From Mustelus asterias (lineage: Eukaryota): a stretch of 64,000 nt of DNA. The stretch is from the NCBI RefSeq assembly GCF_964213995.1, contig NW_027590224.1, positions 310,001 to 374,000 of the forward strand. Direction: 5' to 3'. The notes below the pieces were generated by a model. It saw only the letters and a list, made by a program, of their open reading frames with translations, was not told the origin of the DNA and did not search any database. The position numbers and the translations under genes are program-made. Numbering within the stretch: position 1 is the first letter of the stretch; every line of letters starts with the position of its first letter. Below are positions 13,225-24,660 of this stretch, in pieces.

Positions 13225-13945
13225 GTGATGAGGAGCAGAAGCATTTTACTATCACAGACAGAAGAAAAGGACGAAGCTGCGAAGTAAGTCTGTTTGGTGA
13301 AACTGTACCATCACCGCCTAATGAACTGCTGAAATAATGAATATGCAGCTTACACAGCTGCAGACGCCCAGGGAAACAGTACTGTTCATAACTGATGTTC
13401 AAGTAAATTATGATGGTTTTCGCAACAGCATGGCTACCACAATGATCGCTAAAACCATAATTACAACAAATCCTGGCACCAAAGAAGACAATCTGCAATA
13501 TACCTTTGAAAAGAATACACAGAAAGTGATGAGGAAGATCCAGAGCAAACAAATGAATTAATAAACTATATTGGGCGGCACGGTAACACAGTGGTTAGCA
13601 CTGCTGCTTCACAGCTCCAGGGTCCCGGGTTCGATTCCCAGCTCGGGTCACTGTCTGTGTGGAGTTTGCACATTCTCCTCGTGTCTGCGTGGGTTTCCTC
13701 CGGGTGCTCCGGTTTCCTCCCACATCCAAAGATGTGCAGGTTAGGTTGATTGGCCAGGTTAAAAATTGCCCCTTAGAATCCTGGGATGCGTAGATTAGTG
13801 GGTAAATATGTGGGGGTAGGGCCTGGGTGGGATTGTGGTCGGTGCAGACTCGATGGGCCGAATGGCCTCCTTCTGCACTGTAGGGTTTCTATGATTTCTA
13901 TGATTGCAACAGAAAGATATACAATTAGAAAGAATTTTGAATGTA
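13225..13945 (+). pseudogene. MEIOB: Intron-less MEIOB mRNA fragment (OB fold) captured inside the Gypsy element, split by a later SINE
   Basis: EQKHFTITDRRKGRSCEVSLFGET...[43 protein letters not shown] matches recalled MEIOB [24 protein letters not shown]...[43 protein letters not shown]. Weakly continues after the SINE (DIQLERILNV). Confidence 0.85.
13573..13905 (+). mobile_element. V-SINE (HE1-like), tRNA head + V domain + CR1-type tail
   Basis: A/B-box head (GGTTCGATTCC), V core GTGTGGAGTTTGCACATTCTCC...GGTTTCCTCCCAC, tail TTTCTATGATTTCTATGA. Confidence 0.9.
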
Positions 13946-14025
13946 CCATTTGACAACAGTAGGGGGAGTTGGACTACTTGACCGAGGAACTAAGGCCAGT
14001 TATAAAGAAAGGGGACAGGGATATC

Positions 14026-14372
14026 ATGACCCTTCTGGATGGCCCTAAACACATCTGTGAAGTTGAGGAAACATGCAAGGGGACAGATTCTCTTTGACAA
14101 AGTCTGTGAGCAGCTCAACCTGATTTCACTTTGACATTTTAGAACTCTGAAAATCAAAATCAAAGCGAAGGGAATTACAAAGCAAATCCAAAGTGGTTTG
14201 TAGCATTTGCATTCAATGTAAAGTTTTGCCCTCCAGGTCCTGCCCAGCTCTTTGAGGACATCACCAGGATTAATTTACAATCGTGACAACGGATCCAGGC
14301 TCAGACTCAGAATCAAAGCAGGGTCAAGAACAGAGGGTGACCTCTGAAAAGAAAGAGGAAGCAGCTGAACAA
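14026..14372 (+). pseudogene. EPB41L3: Intron-less EPB41L3 (protein 4.1B)-like fragment with scrambled order: FERM exons, then the N-terminal exon
   Basis: 14026-14267 gives TLLDGPKHICEVE/KHARGQILFDKVCEQLNL...ITKQIQSG...AFNVKFCPPGPAQLFEDITR (4.1-family FERM N-lobe). 14283-14372 gives (M)TTDPGSDSESKQGQEQ, like the 4.1B N-terminus MTTESGSDSESKPDQE. Confidence 0.82.
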
Positions 14373-14551
14373 CAGCCATTTAATTTGAAGATTATAAATG
14401 TGGCAGGAAGAGAGAATGTGACTGCAGATGCTTTATCACGACTTTGCTCTAAAAGGATAGAAAGATCAATGTTGGAAAAGACTGGACGATGATCCTGTTT
14501 GATTTTGCATGTTTAGTGCCAGTATTGCTGTGAATCCTGAGAATTTCTTAT

Positions 14552-14700
14552 GTAAGAGTTTTAACAACACCAGGTTAAAGTCCAACAGGTTTATTTGGTA
14601 GCAAATGCCATTAGCTTTCGGAGCCCTGTTGGACTTTAACCTGGTGTTGTTAAAATTCTTACTGTGTTTACCCCAGTCCAACGCCGGCATCTCCACATCA
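14552..14700. mobile_element. Penelope-derived short inverted-repeat insertion
   Basis: Head-to-head copies of AACACCAGGTTAAAGTCCAACAGG, flanked by the direct repeat AATTTCTTATGTA. Confidence 0.8.
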
Positions 14701-15664
14701 TAATTTCTTATGTATCATACTGAATATAAAGTTTAAAATTTTCAATGAAAACATTAAAAAAACTGACCATGGAATTCCCCTGGGATGTTGAGTGAATGTT
14801 TTTGGCAAAACAACTAATTTGAGCCACTATCTAGAACTGATGTAAAACTGAAAACGTCAAGGAGATTGTAGGAGTCTAATTTTCACTTTTGACTTTCTCA
14901 GACAAGGGGCAATGTGTAGTAGGCTGAGGGTCTGGATTAATGCTGCTGATCTGTGTTTGGGGGGGATGTGAATTCTCATGATGGGCGTGGCGGGCACTCA
15001 TTACTTTCTGAGGTGGAGCTTAGAAATCCTTATTTGGTGCAATGTGTGTGGAATGGTTTTTTTAAGCTGTGAAACCATAGGCAGTGCACAGAAAGTCACA
15101 AAAATCCAACGACCAATAGTGACTGGGAAAGAAAGTCACCACTTGTGTTTTCATCGGTTAACCACATCGATCCAAATCTTCTGTTTGTATCGGAACAGTT
15201 CCAGTCGACTGTAATCACAGGAGAGTCTGTTACACTTACCGTTGTGTGCGGATTGTACTAGCTGAGATATAACTAAACTATATACAAATATACACAACGA
15301 GATGTTACTGTGCTGAAGTGAGGAACATTCTCCCTCTCGACTCTCAGTCATGTGTCTCTTACATCAACATTACGGGAGGTGCTATTTACACCATCCCACA
15401 CATTAAACCTTGCAACCCCAATACTGCATCTTCCCCAAATATTTTCCCATTTTCTTTCACATTAATATGTACCCATTCTCTTGTCCACCCATGCACCCAC
15501 TCCCGCCCACCGCAACCCTGAGTCTTTAACTTTACAGTTTCAGTCTGCCGGGAGGCTTCACCACACTCTCTGGTTGTGTTCTATTCAGACTTGGACAATC
15601 AGTCATCTCTCTCTCTCTCTTTGTTCTTTTTCTATACTTGGATTGTCTTCACTGAGAGTCGTAG

Positions 15665-15792
15665 GGGTGAATGTTTCCTGTTCCACCTGCCACAGGAATC
15701 GTAGTGGGCGAGGGGCAGACCATGGAAAGGTCCATTGACCTCCGATGGGATTTTCCGGTTTTGGGGTGAGCACGGCTGGAAAATGCCACCCG
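15665..15792. mobile_element. Small palindromic MITE-like element; related copies at about 28105-28320, 29280-29337 and 54550-54742
   Basis: Imperfect inverted ends and a shared central CCATTGAC/GTCAATGG motif across copies. Confidence 0.5.
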
Positions 15793-16036
15793 TGGTGCTT
15801 GCTTCTTCATTAATTTCTGACTCAACATCTAGTTCTTTCTTTATTCTTTCATGAGCATCACTGCGCAATATATTTTATTATCTACCCCTAATTGCCCCTT
15901 GAGAAGATGGTGCTGATCCACCTTCTGAACCGCTGTAGTTCATGTGGTGTAGGTACATGCACAGTGCTGTTAGGGAGTTCCAAGATTTTAACCTAGCGAC
16001 AGTGAAGGAAGAGCCGATATATTTCCAAGTCAGGAT

Positions 16037-16808
16037 TGTGACGATACTGTGCCTTTAAGACATGTATTTTAGTCATGTTTCTGTGCAGGATCTGTTTTAG
16101 CAGTTTTTTGTATTATTAGTGCCATTCTGTCTATAACTGGCACCCTGTATTGTTACTGCAGCAGCATAATTGCTTCTAATTGCTAGAATGTTTGTTTTAT
16201 TCTGGACTAATGCAGTTCTGTTGTTTTTAGTGGTTCCCCTGGGGTTTTACAGAGTAGGATTAGATTGATTGACAGGGAAGATCATATGACTGGATGGAGC
16301 TAGGCTTATACAGAGAATTCAAGGTTAGTTATTGTTTGGGAGCTGCAGAGAACTCTGGCGACTGGGAGCTGCCAGAGACTAGGTTTACTTCTCTGACGTT
16401 CTGCTGTTTGAGGATATATCCTTCTCTGGAAACTGCTGTCTGGATCTAAAAGTGTTAAAAGGCTGGAAATCTCACACCATGTGAGCATACTTTACTGTCA
16501 ACTAATTCTGAAGAAGGGTGTATGTCTATTTGGGTATTGCTTTAAATTGAAACTACAGAGATTGCTAGTTGTTAAGTGTTATACTTTGTCATGTTAAAGT
16601 ATTTTAATTGGTAAAAGTCAAGCTAATTATTTTAGCTATATTCTAACTATTCTTAAACACAGTTTGTTTTGATAAAAGCTTCCTAGTGGGTCAACTGCAT
16701 CATGCCTGGAGCGAAACATGCTCACCCTATTGCCAAACCCAAAGGCAAAAATTGGGGTCTTGGCTAACTTCATAATATACCTTGGAGTTTCTGATCGGCT
16801 CCCTAACA
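16037..16808 (+). mobile_element. Solo Gypsy LTR with 4-bp TSD GGAT, inserted in a LINE 3' fragment (about 15870-17070)
   Basis: TGTGACGATAC...CCCTAACA, with GGAT on both sides. Similar to the LTRs at 5880 and 38749. Confidence 0.88.
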
Positions 16809-17199
16809 GGATGGTGAGTTACTTGGAGGGGAACTTTCAGATGCTGGTGTTCTTGAGTGTTGTTGGAGCTGTACTTATCCAGGCAAATGGAGAGTATTCC
16901 ATCACACTCCTAACTTGTACCTTGTAGATGGTGGACAGGCTTTGGGGAGTCAGTAGGTGAGTTACACACCGTAGGATTCCCAGCCTCTGATTTGCTCTTG
17001 TAGCCACAATATTTATAGGCTGGGTCCAGTTCAGTTTCTAATTAATGGTAACCCCCCCAGGATGTTGAAATGTATGACTGATTGTTACCTTTGATAAATA
17101 GAAATAAAATTCCTCTGATTTCTTCATACAACATTTTATGAAGTATTAACTAAATAAGATCACTGTTGATTGTCTGCTCTCTGGATTATTACGCCTGCT

Positions 17200-18340
17200 A
17201 AGCCTTGGTCTGAGTTCCAGATCTGAATTTGATCCTTTACTTCCTCATTTTACTGTGACACTTTTCTCCATCATATTTCCCTCTCTCTTGATTGGATTTT
17301 ATCGGTTTCTCTCTCTTTGCATTTTGCATGTTCTCTATCCTTGTCTCTTGCATCTATCTTTGTTCCTTTGAATGGTCCTTCCTATCTTTCCATACTTCTG
17401 CAGTCAATCATTCCTGAACTCTCGGATAATCATGAGTTTCAATCTGTGAAAGTAATTCTTTAGGAAGGATGGGATGATGTGAGGAATCCACCTGATCTAT
17501 GCCTTGGCTTCCCTCAGAATCCAGCAGACATGCTTCATCGATCAGTTCATTTTTCTCTCTGCAGACATGCCATGGCTGGCTTCCATGCCTAGTGTTGGAT
17601 TTGTTTGATTGGTAGAATCATAGATGACTCTTGGTGGATGGATTGTTGCAGATATACTTTCTACAATGTCATCACTGTTGAATGAAGGTGGTATTTGAAT
17701 GAGTATTCCATCACCAGATTTCCGTCTTCCATTTTTGAAGCAACATTACAGAGTGATGACGATCAGTCTCATTCCCGTCTTTTCTAAGATGTGACTGCTT
17801 CACCATGTATTTGGTGTGAGGGAGTCTAGGCAGCTCTCCAGGGCATCCTCCGGTAAAACAACAGAACTATCAATCTCTGTGAAGAGTATCGGAAAGTTAG
17901 TGCTGAAGTCTCAGTCTAGATCTTCATTGCAGTTGGATAGTTTCAGGGATTCATTCTGAAATCACACTTGGAATTTTGCTGATTTCCTTCTTCCAACCTT
18001 CCTAGAATCAGGTCTATCTAGGCCTTCTACTTCTGTCGGACATACAGTGATTTCCCTGCTATTGGAGCATTGACTTGAAATGCCCCCTGACTTTTAGTTC
18101 GATTCCTTCTGAACCATTAGCTGTGGACATTGTGTTGGTAACCATGGTTCATTGTCTGACAAAACCATTACACTGGCTCCAGTATCCAGTGTTTACACTG
18201 TCTGTTCACATATATATCTGTATTCCAGAACGTATGATTAGGGCCGTTAATCTCACTCTGGAAACATTTCTGTTCCTCTTCTGTTGGAAATTCTTCATCA
18301 TCATTAATAGCCTTATGCATGAAGACTTTCTTCTTGCATA
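17200..18340 (-). mobile_element. Highly decayed Gypsy pol fragment (protease region)
   Basis: Minus strand near 18170-18195 reads TLDTGASV, a retropepsin active-site motif. The rest is degenerate, so boundaries are approximate. Confidence 0.5.
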
Positions 18341-19866
18341 GCAAATAGCCAATGCATTAGTGGTAATTTGTCAAAATTCGCTGGACTCTGGGGTGGTGCC
18401 CGCAGATTGGAAAACAGCAAATATGACGCCACTGTTTAAAAAACGAACTTGACAAAAGGTGGGCAACTATAGGCTGGTTAGCTTAACTTCTGTAGTAGGA
18501 AAATGCTTGAATCTATCATCAAAGAAGAAATAGCGAGACATCTGGATATAAATTATCCTATTGGTAAGACACAGCATGGGTTCATGAAAGGCAGGTTTGA
18601 CTAATTTGGTGGAATTCTTTGAGGACATTACATGCGTGGTGGACAATGGGGAACCTGTGGATGTGGTATATGTGGATTTCCAGAAGACATTTGACAAGGT
18701 GTCGGACCAAAGACTGTTGCATAAGATAAAGGTGCACAGTGTTACGGGTAATGTATTAGCATGGATAAAGGATTGGTTAACTAACAGAAAGCAAAGAGTG
18801 GGGGTAAATGGGTGTTTTTCTGGTTGGCGATCAGTGACTAGTGGTGTGCCTCAGGGGTCGGTGTTGGGACCGCAATTGTTTGCGATTTACATAAATGATC
18901 TGGAGTTGGGGATGAAGTGTAGTGTGTCAAAATTCGTAGTTGACACTAAGATGGGTGGCAGAGCAAAGTGTGCAGAGGACGCTGAAAGTCTGCAAAGGGA
19001 TATAGATAGTTTAAGTGAGTGGGCGAGGGTCTGGCAGATGGAGTACAATGTTGGGTAAATGTGAGGTCATCCATTTTGGTAGGAATAACAGCAAAATGGA
19101 CTATTATTTAAATGGTAAAAAATTGCAGCGTGCTGCTGTGCAGAGGGACCTGGGTATCCTTGTGCAGGAATCTCAAGGAGTTGGTTTGCAGGTGCAGCAG
19201 GTAATTAAAAGGCAAATGGAATTTTGTCCTTTATTGCTAGAGGGATGGAGTTTAAAAACAGCGGGGTTATGTTGCAGCTGTATAAGGTGCTGGTGAAGCC
19301 ACACCTGGAGTACTGTGTACAGTTTTGGTCTCCTTACTTGAGAAAGGATATACTAGCACTGGAGGAGGTGTGGAGGAGATTCACTAAGTTGATTCCGGAG
19401 TTGAGAGGGTTGGCTTATGAGGAGAGACTGAGTAGACTGGGGCTATATTCATTGGAATTCAGAAGAATAGAGGAGATCTTATAGAAATATATAAGATTAT
19501 GAAGGGAATAGACAAGATAGAAGCAGGGAAGTTGTTTCCACTGGCAGGTGAAACTAGAACGAGGGGTCATGGCCTCAAAATAAGGGGAAGCAGATTTAGG
19601 ACTGAGTTGAGGAGGAACTTCTTCACACAAAGGGTTGTGAATCTGTGGAATTCCCTGCCCATTGAAGCAGTTGAGGCTACCTCATTGAATGTTTTTAAGG
19701 CAAGGATAAATTTTTGAAAAGTAAAGGAATTAAGGGTTATGGTGAGCGGGCGGGTAAGTGGAGCTGAGTTCATGAAAAGATCAGCCATGATCTTATTGAA
19801 TGGCGGAGCAGGCTCGAGGGGCTAGATGGCCTACTCCTGCTCCTAGTTCTTATGTTCCTACGTTCT
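18341..19866 (+). mobile_element. CR1 LINE 3' half (frameshifted RT)
   Basis: ORFs 18597-19058, 19224-19484 and 19499-19717; tail TTCTTATGTTCC. Confidence 0.92.
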
Positions 19867-19914
19867 TTGAAGCCTGTGAAGTTAAGATGTTTTACAAACA
19901 TACGAATTAGAGGC

Positions 19915-20690
19915 AGGTGTACCACAACACCACACAACCCTGCCAGCAACCTCTGCAAGACGTGCGGGATCATCGACACGGATGCCATCATCTCATGTGA
20001 GAACACCATCCACCAGGTACACGGTACATACTCTTGCGACTCGGCCAACATTTCTACCTGATACACTGCAGGAAAGGATGTACCGAAGCATGGTACATTG
20101 GGGAGACCATGCAGATGCTACGACAACGAATGAATGAACACCGCTTGACAATCACCAGGCAAGAGTGTTCTCTTCCTGTTGGGGAACACTTCAGAGGTCA
20201 CGGGTATTCAGCCTCTGATCTTTGGGTAAGCATTCTCCAAGGCGGCCTTCACGACACACGACAACGCAGAATCGCTGAGCAGAAACTGATAGCCAAGTTC
20301 CACACACATGAGGACGGCCTCAACCGGGATCTTGGGTTCATGTCACACTATGTGTAACCCCCACGACTTGCCTGGGCTTGCAAAATCTCACTAACTGTCC
20401 TGGCTGGAGACAATACGCATCTCTTTAACTGTGCTTAACCCTCTCTCCACTCACATTGTCTGTACCTTTAAGACTTGATTAGCTGTAAAGACTCGCATTC
20501 CAACCATTATCTTGTAAATTAACTTTGTGTCTGTATATGCCCTGTTTCTGAACACAAGTCCTCACTCACCTGAAGAAGGAGCGAGACTCCGAAAGCTTGT
20601 GCTACCAAATAAACCTGTTGGACTTTAACCTGGTGTTGTGAGAGTTCTTACTGTGTTTACCCCAGTCCAACGCCGGCATCTCCACATCAT
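19915..20690 (+). mobile_element. Penelope-like element 3' end (GIY-YIG endonuclease + pseudo-LTR)
   Basis: YLIHCRKGCTEAWYIGETMQMLRQRMNEH...VGEHF...EQKLIAKFHTHEDGLNRD (ORF 20034-20357), followed by the terminal repeat shared with the short palindromic insertions. Confidence 0.9.
20566..20602 (+). ncRNA. Minimal type-I hammerhead ribozyme motif in Penelope pLTR
   Basis: TCAC-CTGAAGA-A-GGAG(CGAGA)CTCC-GAAAGCT-T-GTGC. Confidence 0.6.
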
Positions 20691-21859
20691 TAAAGAAAGG
20701 GGCAGAGCAAGGTTGCAGTTAAATGCATAGCTCAAAGGTGAAGACCTGGTGAAGTTGGCTAGCGGAACGCCAGATACCTGATGTAATCCTAAGGTTTGTG
20801 ACACCTTTATACAGCCTGTGAAGCAGTAGTGTTTTGTTGGCATGGTTGTGTGCCTGGGAAATTATGTATACGTTGGAATTCACATGGCAATCGAAGGCAG
20901 AGGAATATTGAAAGGAGAGATTCAAATCCTGGAAGTGGATCTTTGGTGAAGTTATCTGAGGGAAAACGTTATTTGGGAGAAGATTCTAAGGCATGCTTTT
21001 TCCAAGAAACACTTGGATGCTCACAGAGTAATAAACATCTGGGGGGATTTGATGAGAAATCCACAGAAGTTGCATTGGGTGGCATCTGCCACCCATTTGG
21101 GTTCAGAGTGTAGTGTGTCTAACCACAGTTAGCTTGTTGGTTTACTTGGGCTATGTAATTACCAAGAACAATAGAGTCTAAGCTATATTTAATAGCTTGT
21201 GTTATCCTTAGAAAACTCTGTATCTGTGAAGATATAGTTGGGATGACGGAGTATTGTGTTATAGGTAATCTTTTCATGTTTAATAAATGTCTTAATATTT
21301 TGTTAAGAGTTAATTAGCAGCCCTGTGACTCTGTTCATCCATGCCTCTAAACTAAAAAAGAAAAGTTATGGTCGGTTGAGCCAGATTTCCATTCCGGGGC
21401 TTGACCGTCCAGTAACAACATCAGCTGACTTTATAATAGTATGTGAGTGGTTATTCTGATGGAGCTGAGTTTACAGTTTTACACATTGCTATGGATCACT
21501 TTTCTGCTTCTGGGTGAGACTGTGGGTGTTTCTGACAACAGATCAAATCTATACATCCTGTGGCTTTTTAGTTTTGAAGAGTGGACATGAACTAGATGCA
21601 TGTTGTACCAAATAAAGATATGTGATCACACCAAAAACCATGCAACATCCCCTGTTTCACATCCTCCACAAACACAGGAACTGTGTTAATACTGACACTT
21701 CATCAGGAGCCAGTTCCCCTCTTGTCCACTACAGCGAGGAAAGCAAAGATCATCTCTCCGCTGATCATTTCCCGAATTATATCAATTTCTTGAAGTCTCT
21801 CCAATTAGTCCTCTATCCGACAGGATTCACTCTACAACTCCAGGGCTCATACTGCTGTA

Positions 21860-22220
21860 AGTAAAATGCTTCCTACTCAAGTCAAATCTCTTGTGCAGAG
21901 TATGAGCTTCAAATGGCCCAAAGCACTTTACAATGAAGTTAATCTTTTTCAGAAGTTTAGTTACTGTTGTAACGTAGAAAATGCAGCAGCCAATTTGTCC
22001 ATAGCCAGATCCCACAAACAGCAATGTGATAATGACCCAGGTCATATGGTTTTTTCAGTGATATTGGTTGAGCGATAAATGTTGGTCCTACGATACCGGG
22101 GAGAACTACCCCCCCCCACCACCAACCCCCTGCAACGTTTCTTCTAAATAGTGGCCATGGGGTCTTCCACACCCACCCAAGAGGGCAGACAGGGCCCCTC
22201 AGTTTAATGTCTCACATTGA
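21860..22220 (-). mobile_element. DeuSINE-like (SacSINE1-type) fragment
   Basis: Reverse complement resembles the Deu-domain copy at 35660-35920 (GTGGGATC..GCT.TG..CAAA.TGG.T..TGC.TTT.CTA). Confidence 0.6.
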
Positions 22221-22749
22221 ACTAAGTTTCAGGGGTGCATTGTTGACAAGGTCTCTGCACCCCATGCAGAGTTTGTTTTTGTTTTGAAGTACCCTATCAG
22301 ACATCGAGTTCTGTGTCTAAAGCTGGCATTGAAAAGCCACATTTTCAAACATTCATCTGCCATTAGCTTGTTGAGCCTTCACTCATTCTGTCCACCTGTG
22401 AATCCCCTGACCCCCTCCTTTCCTTATAGTGCGTCAAGCTCTTCTCCTAACGCTTTTCATCCTTCCCAGTAACATTCCATCACCTACATCAAACTAACTC
22501 CCGAAACTTGAATGGATTGTATGGATGGCACTCTCAGTTCTTTCTGTCTGAGACTTTTTATCGGATTTGAGCCAGCATGTTGCCTGTTTCGGATGCTGTG
22601 GGGTTCAACTGGGTGGTCAGGGTGGGATTGGTGTGGGTGGGGGGGCGGGGTGCCAGTCCCATGCGGTGGGTGTGTGCATTGTCCTCTGTGGGACTGGTCT
22701 GGGTTTTTAAAATAGCTACTCTGGAGTTAGAAGTGCTGGAATCTGAACG

Positions 22750-23152
22750 GGTTCGGGCACACTGAGGGAGAATTTAGCATGGCCAATGCACCTAACCAGC
22801 ACATCTTTCAGACTGTGGGAGGAAACCGGAGTACCTGGAGGAAACCCACGCAGACACAGGGAGAACGTGCAGACTTCGCATAGACAGTGACCAAAGCCAG
22901 GAATTGAACCCGGGTCCCTAGCGCTATAATGGCAGCAGTGTGAACCACTGTGCCACCATGCCGGGAATTGAACCCGGGTCCCTAGCGCTATAATGGCAGC
23001 AGTGTGAACCACTGTGCCACCATGCCGGGAATTGAACCCGGGTCCCTAGCGCTATAATGGCAGCAGTGTGAACCACTGTGCCACCATGCCGGGAATTGAA
23101 CCCGGGTCCCTAGCGCTATAAGGCAGCAGTGCTAACCACTGTGCCAACATGC
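22750..23152 (-). mobile_element. V-SINE with its 64-bp tRNA head tandemly quadruplicated
   Basis: GAATTGAACCCGGGTCCC recurs at 22901, 22965, 23029 and 23093. Confidence 0.9.
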
Positions 23153-23202
23153 ACAAGCTGGTCAGAGCAGCCATTGTTTTCAGATGTTCCGATTGCTAAT
23201 CA

Positions 23203-23403
23203 TGATGTGGAGATGCCAGCATTGGACTGAGGTGGACACAGTAAGAAGTCTCACAACACCAAGTTAAAGTCCAACAGGTTTATTTGGAATCACGAGCTTT
23301 CGGAGCGCTGCTCCTTCATCAGGTGAGTCACCTGATGAAAGCATACCGAGAGCTTGTGATTCCAAATAAACCTGTTGGACTTTAACCTGGTGTTGTGAGA
23401 CTG
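23203..23403. mobile_element. Penelope-derived palindromic insertion
   Basis: Inverted pLTR copies; TSD-like GATTGCTAATCA / GATTGTTAATCA. Confidence 0.82.
23290..23326 (-). ncRNA. Minimal type-I hammerhead ribozyme motif
   Basis: Minus strand reads TCAC-CTGATGA-A-GGAGC(AGC)GCTCC-GAAAGCT-C-GTGA. Confidence 0.7.
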
Positions 23404-23784
23404 ATTGTTAATCAGGCTGTTAAACCAGGCTGCTGTTCAATAAGGTTTATATTCACACATTCATCTACTCACGTATTTCAGTAAATGTATTAACGAAACA
23501 CAGTTAAATAAAAAAAACAAGCAGTTTGATCCTACAGTTATCAGTTCAGACATGGCTGACATCGCAGTTTCACAATAGCCTTGTTTTTTAAGGAAAGGAA
23601 ACCGCAAACAATTTCCAGTAAAATGTAACAGATGCACTCTATTTTTAAATTCATTTCCAGGATGTGGCATCGCTGGCTACGCCAGCATTTATTGTGCATC
23701 CCGAATTATGCTTGAGAAGGTGACGGTTCTTGAACCGCCGCAGTCCATGTGGTGTAGCTACACCCACAGTGTTGTTAAGGTTAT

Positions 23785-24660
23785 TTTTGATTTGATTGAT
23801 TATTGTCACACGTATTAACAGACAGTGAAAAGTATTGTTTCTTGTGCACTATACAGACAAAACATACCGTTCATAGAGAAGGAAACGAGAAAGTGCAGAA
23901 TGTACTGTTACAGTCATAGCTAGGGTGTAGAGAAATGTCAACTTAATGCAAGGTAAGTCCATTCAAAAGTCTGATGGCAGCAGAGAAGAAGCTGTTCTTG
24001 AGTCGGCTGGTACAGTCTGCAAGTCCAGAATCTCACTGGCTGTCCTGTCTGGAGACAATACACACCTCTTTAACCTAAGCTTAATGCTCCCTCCACTCAC
24101 ATTGTCTGTATCTTTAAGACCTGGTTGGTTGTAGAGATTCGCATTCTAATCAGTACTCTGTAACTTGATTTTGTGTCTCTGTGCCCTGTTTGAGAGCAGA
24201 TATCCACTCCATCTGATGAAGGAGCAGCGCTCCGAAAGCTAATGGCATTTGCTACCAAATAAACCTGTTGGACTTTAACCTGGTGTTAAAACTCTTACTG
24301 TGTTTACCCCAGTCCAACGCCGGCATCTCCACATGATGTATACAGGGACATGTTAGCCACTACGCTTCCTGAAGTCGATGACAATCTCCTTCGTTTTGCT
24401 GACAGTGAGGGAGAGATTATTGTCATTGCACCAGTTCACCAGATTCTCTATCTCTTTCCTGTACGCCGTCTCATTATTTGAAATCTGACCCACTGCAGTG
24501 GTGTCATCAGCAAACTTGAAAATCAAGTTGGAGGGGAATTTGGCCACACAGTCATAGGTGTATAAGGAGTATAGTGAGGGGCTGAGGACAAAGCCTTGTG
24601 GGACACCAGTGTTGAGGATGATCATGGAGGAGGTGTTGTTGCCTATTCTTACTGATTCCT
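23785..24660 (-). mobile_element. Rex1/Babar LINE fragment with a nested Penelope pLTR (about 24015-24335, +)
   Basis: ORF 24353-24625 (LNTGVPQGFVLSP...KFADDTT...SKTKEIVIDFRK) and a TTTGA tail at about 23787. Confidence 0.85.
24209..24245 (+). ncRNA. Minimal type-I hammerhead ribozyme motif
   Basis: CCAT-CTGATGA-A-GGAGC(AGC)GCTCC-GAAAGCT-A-ATGG. Confidence 0.7.

Larger units (their letters stand above)
5880..14760 (+). mobile_element. Degenerate Gmr1-clade Gypsy LTR retrotransposon (gag-PR-IN-[RT/RH replaced by host mRNA fragments]); no 3' LTR seen
   Basis: Gag (FDEKDVEAFFISFEKV...GAYELVP) at 7280-7760; Zn knuckle (HCNKFGH...C) at about 10670; protease (RDMGASQS) at 10940; integrase Zn domain (GGHLGVRKT) at 11483-11713 and core at 11760-12250. 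RT N-terminus (VHDVDVGN.VPI.QH.Y) at about 12805-12885; RNase H end (QPFNLKIINVAGRENVTADALSR) at 14373-14445. IN-before-RT order is diagnostic of Gmr1. Confidence 0.88.

Noticed and set aside
13573-13660. tRNA gene
   Set aside because: tRNA-derived SINE head continuous with the V domain and tail; not a full cloverleaf gene.
16037-16808. Candidate 3' LTR of the cargo-carrying Gypsy element
   Set aside because: It has its own GGAT TSD, sits inside an unrelated LINE fragment and differs substantially from the 5880 LTR, so it is an independent solo LTR.
21678-21862. Exon-like segment ending in GTAAGT, possible leader exon of the Siglec-like gene
   Set aside because: No recognisable signal peptide or domain; support is too weak.
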